Shown here: positions 53,745 to 64,000 of the stretch, one piece after another
Layout of the letters: the number at the start of each line of letters is the position of its first letter
Position numbering within the stretch: position 1 is the stretch's first letter
From: Trichosphaerium sp. ATCC 40318
Lineage: Eukaryota; Protista; Tubulinea
Direction: 5' to 3'
Assembly (NCBI GenBank): GCA_038496445.1
Contig: JALMLS010000376.1
Coordinates: 124,001 to 188,000 of the forward strand
Length of the DNA: 64,000 nt
Made by a program: the position numbers and the translations under genes
The notes under the pieces: model-generated
Database searches by the model: none
What the model was told of the DNA's origin: nothing
The model's input: the letters and a program-made list of their open reading frames with translations, nothing else

Positions 53745-54797
53745 TCATTCTACAAACATTTTAACGAACACACCGTGGTTGTAAGTGACACGAGTATAGT
53801 TACCGTTGGGAGTCCAATAATCGTAGGAGCCATGAATCACGCCGTGGTCGTAAGTGCAACGCACGTGGAGCTGACCATGGCTGTACCACTCGATACATGG
53901 ACCGTTTTTTACGCCGTATTTGTACTTGATGGACTTGCGAATCTGACCATTAGGATGCCATTGCTTGCATATCTTTGTTTTGAGGTTGTTTAAATAGTAG
54001 TACTGCGCAGAAATCTGCCCATTTGTGTACCATTTTTGATAAATATTTTGCTTCATACTCTTTCGGTTTACCATTTGATACGTACAGTGCTCGGCTTTGT
54101 TGCCATTACTGTGCCAAGTGTCGTATGTACCCATCCTATACCCATCTTTAAACGTACTAATTTCGCGTACTTGACCGTTGTTGTAGTAGGTTTCTACAGG
54201 GCCATTTTTGATGCCGTCGGAAAAAGTTGTTTTTGATTTTAGTTGGCCATTGGCATACCATCTTTCTTGAACGCCGTGCATGAGGTTTCGTTGGAAATTC
54301 TTATGATTTTTAATCTGTCCATCAGTGTACCATCGCTTTGAATGGCCTTGTCTTAAACCGTGCCTGTACTGGGTAGCAAAAACGAGTTGACCATTTCGAT
54401 GCCACTCTTTTACTGTACCATGTATTTGACCTTCGTCGTAGCAACAGTGACTCTTTAGCTTCCCGTTGCTGTACCAATACGTGCATTCCTTATAACAGCC
54501 ACCATCTAGCGTCAAGTGCGCTACCAACACACCCTTTGTATTCCAATGCTTTAGATCTCCATGTAGTTTACCGTGGCTAAAGCAGTGCTCATCACATAGT
54601 TCCCCATTTTTTTTATAGTATCTCCTGAACAATCCATGTTTTTTGAGGTTGTCATCGTAGCGCGAGCTGATAGCTGTTAAGAAGCTGAGCTTTGGCCATT
54701 TGGTATAAACTTCATGGTCGAAGCTCATGAACGCGTGATGTAGCTCCACTGGCAGATCTAGTATGTGACCGCATAGTTTAGATTTGTTTTTAGCCAT
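53745..54797 (-). CDS. Intronless MORN-variant (YwqK-like) repeat protein with an F-box-like N-terminus
   Basis: 350-aa single ORF; about 12 repeats of W[YH]xNGQ[LI]....Y..G..HG; N-terminal ILDLPVELHHAFMSF. Confidence 0.85.
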   Translation of the reverse strand: MAKNKSKLCGHILDLPVELHHAFMSFDHEVYTKWPKLSFLTAISSRYDDNLKKHGLFRRYYKKNGELCDEHCFSHGKLHGDLKHWNTKGVLVAHLTLDGGCYKECTYWYSNGKLKSHCCYDEGQIHGTVKEWHRNGQLVFATQYRHGLRQGHSKRWYTDGQIKNHKNFQRNLMHGVQERWYANGQLKSKTTFSDGIKNGPVETYYNNGQVREISTFKDGYRMGTYDTWHSNGNKAEHCTYQMVNRKSMKQNIYQKWYTNGQISAQYYYLNNLKTKICKQWHPNGQIRKSIKYKYGVKNGPCIEWYSHGQLHVRCTYDHGVIHGSYDYWTPNGNYTRVTYNHGVFVKMFVE

Positions 54798-55410
54798 TTT
54801 CCTATTTTAAAGTCATCTCTACCCTCGTCTATTGTTTAATAGTACGTCGTTGTAACTCACAATTATTACGGGAGATAAGTGGCGACAAGTTTTCGAGTGA
54901 GTGATGATTGAATCGTAGCGACGTATGTTTTAAAAATCACGTGTAAATACATATTAAACAAACGAGATTTTTGTCTAAAAATACACGTCAAGTGCTTTTG
55001 CTGCATGGAGCTCTTCTGCGGTAATGACATGTACACAATGGAAAGCACAATTCTTAGCCATACCAAAATCACACTTCTGAATGTAAGGCTAAGAATTGCC
55101 CAAATTCAATATCGCCGTAGTACTGGCAGTCTGGAAATCAGTTTGAAAGAAAAAAAAACCCCTTTATATTTAGTTTTGGTGAAACTGGGCCAAAAATCCA
55201 TTATTCTTAGCCTTAGCAATCACATTGGCAAATACCCGATACGTTGTAAACATAAAATCCGAATATGTAAATATAGACTACGACGTGTCGTAGTTTTGTT
55301 TTTTATTAGTGAGGTGTAACAGATGAATGTCCTAATTACGCCAGCCGTATGATCTGTATTTATTACATACATTACAATCGTCACATATCGTCAATAGCTC
55401 GCATCGAAAA

Positions 55411-56214
55411 GTCACGTGACCCGTATTTGTAGGCTCCCTATTAAAGTGATTCATTGAGATAAATACGCGCTCAGCAAGTTAAAGCTGGTTCTGTTGTTGT
55501 GCCACAAAAACTACAAAAATACAAACTGCGGCCCAAAAAACCGAAATCAAACTTTAACAGAACCAGTTTGAATGCCTTGCTTACGGTGTAGTAAGTAGAG
55601 CTACCAGGGAAGCACAAGTTTTCAGTTTTTAGAATAACAATTGTTTTAACATAAAATACAAATGTGTCACATCTTGCGAAGAAAGCAAAAACTTAACCTG
55701 GAAACAGTATAGGCAGCGATGGGCTTTAAACGAAGTGTACTGATTGGGACAGGCTTCATAGCTGCCCTAGCGTGTGAACTCGTGTCAGGTAACATATTAA
55801 CGTTATTATTGCGTTATATTATTTAATTCCACAAGGGAGCTTACGTGGGACGTTCAACGCGTACAATGAAGGTAACTGGAGCGCTTTAGATTTTTTTTAA
55901 ATTAAATGATTTTAAGCGTTAAAGCAACAACTCTCGTTAGACCAACAACAAGTAACGTTACTTGGCTCTGTCAGTTTTTTTGGTACGTGTTTTTTGTGGT
56001 TTGACACTTCCTTCAACTTTGCTTCAGAGCAAACTGTTGGCAAGATTAATGGCCATGCCATCTTTCCATTTTTGGTATCTCTTTTGGAAAATGAAACAAT
56101 GGTCACGTGACCAATCCACGTGACTGTACACGATTTTTATGTATAGCAACAACTACAGTTTGTAGCGTAAATAGTTTTGTAGAGAATTATTTTGTTTTAC
56201 CTTTGTCACGTGAC
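55411..56214. promoter_or_regulatory. Cluster of GTCACGTGAC / CACGTGAC E-box (CLEAR-like) palindromes
   Basis: GTCACGTGAC at 55411-55420, 56102-56111 and 56205-56214; CACGTGAC at 56117-56124. Confidence 0.6.
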
Positions 56215-57845
56215 TCGTTAACATTTATTTTCATAAGGTTATTTTGCTTTGATAAATGGCTTTATCCATGATAAGGTCGGTCCAAAGTTTGCTATGCTGT
56301 TAGGAATGCTATTCGCTGTAACTGGTTACGCTGGCGTATGGCTAATTCTTAAAGGAGAAATAACTACATCGTACCCTCTCTTGTTGGCTTTTTTTGTTTT
56401 CATCGGGATTGGTAATGGTTTTGGTTTCTTCATTTTTGTGTCTCAGGTTCGTAGCTTTTGCTGAAAAAGCAAAGAATAACTGGTATTGCTAGGTAGCAAA
56501 TTTTCCATACCAATATAGAGGTAAGAGTGTGTATCGAAGCCTATGTTAATCAATGAATTACAGGATCTGTTATTGGATCAATGTCACTCATGTTTGCGTT
56601 GAGTGGTGCGCTATTTGCGCCTATATACACTCAAACGTATGGAAAGTCGATACAGGTGATCGAAAATGATGTAGCCGGGTTTATGCTTTTAATGGCTATT
56701 CTTCATCTAGTACGCTCTTTGTTATTGAATACTGCTTTTATAACCCGACCCTTTTCTGATTGATTCTATGTTTAGATAACATACTTCATTTGTATTGCTA
56801 TTGTCGATATATATTCTGTAGATATAACCGGTGGTAATTCTGTAAACGAAGGATTAAATCCAAAATCAGAAAAAAAAAAAGGTAATGTCAAATTAGTTTA
56901 ACCAAAGCGCTTCTTGGTATGACTTGCTATTAGATGCCACGTTACTGCAAGAACTTTCACGCATTGACTATTGGATAATAGTTCTCGCTCCTTCTAGCGC
57001 AATACCTTGCCTTGTGTTCATGTATGGTACCATGTTAAACGTAGATTTAAACTAACGATACTTTTGGTAGATACACGATTGGATTCGTTGCTGTTTCATT
57101 TTTCGGAAGAGACTCTACAACATCAAAGAGGATAATAGATATCGCCACTGTTCTTTTTGCAGTGTTTGGGGCTTTAGGGAGATTACTAGGTGGTGTGCTT
57201 AACGATCTAGGGAACAAACTGTGGCCACAGACTGGAAGTATTTGGTATTTGTATTTATCAATCTTATCGGTGTACTCATGTTTGTGTAGGTTTTTACTGT
57301 GCGTCAATGCTCTCAATGCACTCACAAACATCGGTTTGCTATTCTTAATGGACAAGGAGTGGTATTTGTACATTGCTTGTATTTCAGTAGGCTTGGTTTT
57401 TGGCATTTTTGGAAGCCTTCCTCAATCGATGATAGCGCACGTGATATTTTGTGTTTCTTAACCAAAAATAACACCGTTTGTAGAAGCTGGTACAATATTA
57501 AACACCTGGGCTTCCTCACTGGCATGGTACGTCAAAACAATCGCTAGCCATGCAAAGATAAAAAACAAACAAACTTAGGGTGGATTCTTTCTTGCCATGG
57601 CTTTCACAGCGGTGCAAGCAGCCTCTAGCGCTATGTATGATAGTCACATTGTGGGAGACGGCACTGATTGTTTTGGCAAAGGTATGCCTGTCCAGGAGGA
57701 TGTCAATGTAACAGTTTTTTTTCTAATGACGCTAGCGTGTTGGGAAGGCACTTTTGCACTGTTCACAGCGTTGTCGTTAATGGGTGTCTGGTTGACCATT
57801 GTATTGTTTTATGTTCGACCTAATAAGTCAACGAACCGCAAGTAA
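55719..57845 (+). CDS. MFS transporter, nodulin-like/MCH1-like
   Basis: GTFNAYNE-ALKQQLSLDQQQVTLLG; GFIHDKVGPK; NFPYQYRGSVIG; GALGRLLGGVLND; C-terminal DCFGKACW. Confidence 0.82.
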
Positions 57846-58094
57846 ACTGTTTTTTGAATGTATTGCAGCCAGTTTCAGACGTAATGATAATAAGGAGCAT
57901 GAGTTTGTAAGTAATAATAATTTTTGTACAGCAGGTAGTTATTCTACATATCTACGCGACACACGAACGCTTTTTACAGTTTGTAGTAAATGAACGACTT
58001 TTTTTGGTATGTTGCGAGATAATCGTCCTAAGTATCCGTGGCAGAATGAGTTACCACACGGGAGCGAGTAGGTTCATTTGGTGCATACAATTTT

Positions 58095-58269
58095 CTAAAT
58101 GGCGTTAGAATCTGAGCCTAACATGGTACTTTGGACTCTTTTAACTGTGTATCGGCAGAAGAGAGGATTATACGTACTTTAAATAATAAGCATAGTAGCT
58201 GATAATTACTGCTGTTACAAGTACAGCCAAGCAACTCAGCACGAGAATTACGAGTACAGACTCTCCCAT
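58095..58269 (-). CDS. Putative 44-aa single-pass membrane microprotein
   Basis: MGESVLVILVLSCLAVLVTAVIISYYAYYLK|VQSTMLGSDSNAI*, with one canonical GTACGT...AG intron of typical size. Confidence 0.5.
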
Positions 58270-58445
58270 TGTAGTTGCTTCCCTTTGGCGCAAGAAATTG
58301 CGCGACTAATCAAATTTCTCTCCGCTTTATTATTAGAACATCTTATCGACCTTACAGCCAATCAGTACGTATTTGCTTATCATATCCGCAATTAATATAC
58401 AGTTTAGTGTTGTACTTCCGCCAAACGTCGTGTGCTCTTGCGTTT

Positions 58446-59169
58446 ATGGTCATTTGTTTGTTGATTCCAGCTGTAACATGCGATGCTGGTCCGGATTCGC
58501 TCAAATGTAGTGGTATGAATAATTTATGGCGTGTAAATAGTGTCACCCAGTTTTAACGCTCTGGTTAGCGTGCAAGGCGTTGATGAACCAAATTGTAAGT
58601 GGCTTGACGGAAGACGTTGATGAAAAGGAAACAGTACGAATTGGTCATAAACTAGACGTAAATGGTAAAACAAAGAACATCAAGTACAAAAAGAGTGAAA
58701 TGCACATCATGGACGTAAGAAATTACAACTTCGAAAAAAAAAACAATCTCATCTATCAATAAGGTAATGGAACGCGCTTGCGAAGCTTTGCGCAATGGTT
58801 ATGGTGTCCAAACCGATGAGAATGGAGAGGATACCTATGTCAGTCTAAGCGGTGGTGTAATCGAGAATGTCAGCATCAATGGTGACACTGGAGCTAGCTT
58901 AGTTGCCACGGTAAAAATTGTTAATGGTTTTTTATGGCAAATATTGATGTTTTTCTGTTAGTGCTCCAAATTCATGGAGGAGTATGAAGAAACTATGGAA
59001 GAGTATTTTTATGGTGCTCCTGATGATTTTACAGTAGATGATGCGCTTACAGATCTATGTGTTAGAGACATGAATGGTACGATATTCTTCTTTTTTTCTT
59101 GGATTGTTATTTTTATCAGTTGATGATGCTTTTTTTATAGCTTGTGAGGCTTCTAAGGACGAATTGTAA
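58446..59169 (+). CDS. Canopy (CNPY/MSAP, saposin-like DUF3456) ER protein
   Basis: Signal peptide; KCSACKALMNQI; IGHKLDVNGKTKNIKYKKSEMHIMDVMERAC; CSKFMEEYEE; C-terminal KDEL. Confidence 0.85.
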
Positions 59170-59301
59170 ATCATAAAATATACGTGAGGAAGTGTATTCT
59201 TTTTGCATCTGTATTTAACATTGACAATCACCTCCAACCACCCAAGTCTACTCTCGCTTTCTTTTAGTTAAATTCTTGTTTCTTTTTATTCTTCTGTTAC
59301 A

Positions 59302-62300
59302 TTAATGTACACCGTTTGGTTCACTTAAATCCTTTATGAGTCTCACTAGCTGAGGGCTATCTCTAACGAATTGCATAGCGCTTAAAGCAGCGTTTGTCTT
59401 TGCTAACGATAAGCAATTGTTTTTGCCTACAGCTATCTTTCCGTGATCTTCTAAAAACACTGTAGCTGTACGCTCCATATCGTCCAGCCTGATGAGCGTA
59501 GTTAGCAAACAAGTATGTAAGGTGTATCAATAATTACATACTTTATATTCACTTGGAGACGAGCATGTTTGCACATCGTGTATAAGTGCCGCACAGAGAT
59601 TAAGTCAACCTAGTAAAAAATCAATACTTTTGTTAGGTTTTTTGCAAAAAACTTACTTCACCGTCATGCAGGGCATTCATTACAGGCATGAGTATTGGTA
59701 AGAATATTTTACCCACTGTATCCATATCTAGTCTACTATCCATGAACACAGCTGCTGCCAAGGACTGATCATAGTCGAAACAAGTTAGATTTCGTACTGT
59801 TTTCTTACGTAAGTACCTCCATAATATCACCAAGAATTTTTGGCGCTTTTCGTCGATGTGTCAATTGATTTTCGTCCGTGAACGACATAATAAAGGAGTG
59901 TATATTTTTGCGTATGCTTGTATTACTTTCAAGGATATATCGGTAAAGACCAAGGTTACAAATAACACGAGCAAAGTTATCATTACCAACAATGTGTGAT
60001 CTAAATTTTTTGTTTGTAAGTAATCTGGCTTTGTTGTTTGTAGTGTTTCTACGTACCGAAGTTGCGATAGCTGGCCCTCATCAGCGTCTGGGTAATCATT
60101 ATAAAATTTTGTTATTGTAATAACATCTAGAACAGCATCTCCCAAAAATTCCAAGCGTTGATAGCAAGGTGTTCTATACAAAAAACTTAGAAGAAAAAAG
60201 CCAAAAGGTTTGTAAAATACGAGTAACGAAACACGTACGCAGAGTTCCTGAAGGAAGAATGTGTTAATGCTTCCACAAGTAAGGATTTATCTCTGAATTT
60301 GTATTTAAGCATCCCTTCTACTTCTGCTAGGTTGTAATGCTCGTATACATCCTGGACTTTCTGACTAGAAAGAGGTTTTGGAACAAAGTCATTCCAAACA
60401 ACAGTCATTTTAGCAATTCTAGTGACAGTCAGTAACTAACAATATCATGCCATAAACTAGCACTAAAGAATATGAAACGTACTTCATAAATTCCATGGAC
60501 ATAGTCAAACCACCAGCAACATAATAAGCACCTTAAAGAAAAGGTAAAAAACACAGAGCTACGAAACAAAAAAAAGCTTTACCCATAAGTGCTTCCATGA
60601 CATCTGCCATTTGTTTTAACCCCACACAACATGACCTAGTCTCAGGTGTACGACCAGCTATATTCCAGTATTTAAAAGTCTATCATAGTGTTAGACAACA
60701 AAAAACTTGAAAAAAAAAGAAAAACGAAAAAAATCATCAATGAATAACGTGCCTTTTTTCTCATCCTTGATGTATCCAAGTTTGTAACACGTATATAATT
60801 TGGAACACACATTGCACGTGCAAGTTTAGTTAGGTTATAGTTTGATACAATCCTTGATCTATAAGTACTTAAGGTTGCTTCTGTTCCTTCAGGCTCTTGT
60901 TGGAAAACAGTAACACCTAGCCAGAAATTAGACATACAAAGGCGTATTACAACAAAACAAAAAACTCCAATATCGTACTAGATACAAGCTTCAAAATAGA
61001 GTCTCCAAGAGCCTCTTCAAATAAAATGTTAGTTCATACTTCTCCCAGATTTTTTGGCGTTCTTACCCAAGCGTTGGTATGAGAACGGACCGTCTTCTGT
61101 GCTGGCATTAATATACTCAAGTACTTGACTTGTTGTAAGAGTTTGCAGAGATACAGTTGTATCGAGAGGCATGCGAACATGATTCTGTATAAACTGGTCA
61201 CTTAATAAACAAGCCTCCATTCTCCATAGTATTGTTGGTAACACAAGTGCAGATACGTAATCAGCGACTTGAAAAGGGATCTAGTTCACATCGATAAGCA
61301 ACATCAAAAAACATTTTTGTACAACGTACTAGGCGACAAAATTCTGGAGGTAAAAGAATATCATGTTTTGAAGGCCTGACGTTTTTATCAAACTTAGAGT
61401 TCAATAGATTCTTTATTCTACGGTTAACTATGAGCACTTTGAACGAAGAATAAACCTTCATTACCTTCCAAGACGTTCAACATGTAGCATTCTTTGATTA
61501 GGGATCTAAAACAAGGATACAAGTAAGCAATTGTTGCGGTTCAAATTTAAACGTTAAGGAAAAAAAGTAGGATTTGAACGAATGGAACTGTAGGAGTGTT
61601 ATAGCTTTTGACTTTGTTTTGTACCGTAGTGTTTTTCTTATAGGTTTGTCTCCAATAATCAGCGTATGTTCTTGTTTCTTTACCATCTTCAGAAGGCATT
61701 ACATCATCAGGTTTATAGTCTGTAACTTTTAATATCTTCCAATAAGAACTGATGTGATCACCGCGTATGATGTATTTCTTCAAATCCTCATCAGGCACTT
61801 CTTTATCCTGGACAAAAAACCGGCCTTGGCCGTCAAGAAAAGAAGTTGTTCTATCTTCAGTTGTGCCATGATTTATGTACAATATAACAGCCTTTGCGAT
61901 TTTCGCCCAATCAATTTTAGTGATGTTGTCTTCATTGGTTATAAGAGGTAGTACAACATAACCTTTAGGTGACGACATCTAAATTGTTTAACACAATAAA
62001 ATACTATTGAATACGTACATCATAATTGACAAGTTTTACGTCCATGTCTAAGATCATGTGAAATAAGATAGCATGATATTTCATTCCGACTTTAAATATT
62101 TGGTCATTGAACTCTTCTTGGCCTCTTTTTTCGAACGATACAGTACCATGTGATGACTCAAATAAAGGAATAGTTATTTCCCATGGAGTGAGTATGCAAT
62201 AAGTTGGTCCATCTAAAGCAGAAAAGTCAGGTAATGTAAGTTTACCTTGGCGATAACTTACTCTTTGTTACAATGTCTGTACGATACATTTTGACTCCAT

Positions 62301-64000
62301 TTGACATGTCTGATAGATCAACACGAAGAAGGCTAGGTATAGCAGTCTCATGCCTCTCCAGTTCGGGATCTAAAAGGGCAGGGAATGAATAAAGGAATGA
62401 TCCATATAAATATACACTTACCAGCGGTGTTAAGGACTTTTCGATGAGCTCTATCGTACTTTCGAAAATCATCATCATCTATAAATGTAGGAACAATAGG
62501 GGCAGTGACAGACTTTGGCACCAAGTGATTACTAAGCTCTCCTTCCGCATTTAGAACTACACATGCCGACAAGGCAGCATCTCTCTTTGCAATATCCTTA
62601 TTCATCCGCGGTTTACCTTCGAAACTCCTACCGTTGGGTAGCTGAACTTGGCATACGAATCCTTTGGCTAACAATAATTTAGATATAGCCACAATGTGGC
62701 TACACATTCATTGAAGCTAAAGAACACAATAATGTTTTTCTATAACGTACGTGTTTGAAAGTGGTTAAAAGACGGCTCCGAGCCCTTCCCATTTCCTCCT
62801 ATTTTGAGTGTTTGACAGTATCGATGTATAAGCGGTACAACAGATTGCATTGTTAGCTTAGCGCCAGTTTCTTCTATCTAGAAAACAAGTTAGAATAAAA
62901 TGATTCTACTTAACATTTGACAAAGCATGAATATAAGTTACCAAATATGGATCATCCAGAGGCTCGAAAGAGTGTTTATCAATACCATGAGAAGCATCAG
63001 CATCTTTCATTAAATTTTTTACATTCGTCTCACTAAAAGAACAAGAATTTAGATTACAACAACATTACTTGCCCACGTACGCAGTTTTAAGCTTCTCTAG
63101 AACGTTTCCATAAGCTGTATCCATTACAATATAACGTGACTGTTTGTGTCGTGCTCTAGAAAGTAAATAAGGATCAAGTACATGTACAATAACTCAATAC
63201 CTTCCACGAGATTGTATGTAAGATTTCAGAGTACTTATTCCATCAAACTGTACGACCAAACGTACTGGTTGTACATCAATACCTTCCTCTGCAACATTTG
63301 TAGCAACAAGAAGATTATAACTTCTATCAAGACCAAAAGTATTCACAACAAGGCTTTGGGCTGATACATTCATACCAGAAGATGATGTTTTACCTGTACC
63401 ATGTCCTACAAGAACAACAGGCTATAAAATAAGAATTAAATAAGAAAAAAAAGTCGAAAAAAAGAGGTGCTAACCTTGACACTGTTTCTGAGTTCTGGAA
63501 TCGCTTTTAAGAAAGCTGCCATGATATGTACAATAGCTCTCTGTTTAGCGAATACAATACCGCAGAATTGTTCACCAAGCCGTCTGCTAGAGTCAACAAG
63601 AATGCGAACTAGCGTTAGCAACTTTGGTGTACAAAACTCTCGCGGATCGATACCATCTTCAACTACAACAAAGTTACGTCCAGTGTGATAAAAAGTCAAC
63701 TAGTACACTGTGGATTGTTCGTTTTTGTGAATTCTCTTTCAACAGCTTTCAATAGTACTTTTAGCTTTAAAACACGCATCCTTGGCCTTCAAGTAATATC
63801 AGAATAGAAGTGATAATAAAATAAATTATTTTCATACGTCTTTCGATTGGTTGACACTACTTCCTGTAATCTTGTTACTTCTTGCTTAGCAAGCTTATAA
63901 GCACACCACAAACCTATGTTCGAAATGTAAGTTATCAGTACTGGTGTGTGACCAAGGCATACCAAGTTCTTGATTGACAACGGAGAATTGTCTGAGAAAA
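59302..64000 (-). CDS. Dicer (helicase C - dimerisation/DUF283 - PAZ - RNase IIIa - RNase IIIb - dsRBD), 3' part
   Basis: CGIVFAKQR; LLVATNVAEEGIDVQ..LVVRF; YIQSRGRAR; AKRDAALSACVVL..GELSNHLVP; TYADYW; SYQRLE.LGDSILK; ADVMEALMG; CYQRLEFLGDAVLD; PKILGDIMESL. Confidence 0.95.

Noticed and set aside
53733-54236. Plus-strand ORFs overlapping the MORN gene
   Set aside because: Antisense shadows of a repetitive coding sequence
55005-55319. 104-aa intergenic ORF
   Set aside because: No recognisable motif or splice structure; probably spurious
61250-61330. Apparent non-canonical GT-AT intron in Dicer
   Set aside because: A canonical 49-nt GTACGT...CTAG intron gives PPEFCRL-IPFQVADYVSALVLP with the expected spacing
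1-64000. Alternative genetic code or stop-codon reassignment
   Set aside because: Conserved genes splice cleanly in the standard code; TAA and TAG end conserved genes and TGA ends the Frizzled-like and MORN ORFs
1-64000. tRNA, rRNA, snRNA, CRISPR arrays, transposase/RT genes, U12 introns
   Set aside because: No recognisable signatures by eye; tRNAscan-SE and Infernal would be needed to exclude them formally

Overview
Gene-dense, AT-rich eukaryotic nuclear DNA. It carries about 30 protein genes broken by many short spliceosomal introns (mostly about 35-55 nt, donor consensus GTACGT/GTAAGT), read in the standard code, and divergent gene pairs are often only about 100-220 bp apart. The gene content suggests a free-living amoeba (Amoebozoa); this is inference. 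Recognisable genes: XPO4 (5' part), CLASRP, PDRG1, MYBBP1A/Pol5, a RING E3, a nucleotide-sugar transporter, glycyl-tRNA synthetase, a CAT-type amino-acid permease, THOC6, TRAPPC12, SLBP, a PLP aminotransferase, an SS18-like protein, a C2-CaMK kinase, a TBC protein, SppA, a small Tim, a nodulin-like MFS transporter, Canopy, and the 3' part of a full-architecture Dicer. The most notable item is an NLR-like STAND protein (NB-ARC + TPR). Its N-terminal effector looks like a p53/CudA-type Zn-binding DNA-binding domain (CxxH...CxxxC, followed by an NLS). Also notable: an intronless, giant-virus-like F-box/MORN gene; a DWY tandem-repeat protein; bacterial-looking secreted proteins; at least six GC-AG introns; and a GTCACGTGAC (CLEAR/E-box) cluster. 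Gene models were spliced by eye and family assignments come from remembered motifs, not from searches. Boundaries are approximate where stated.
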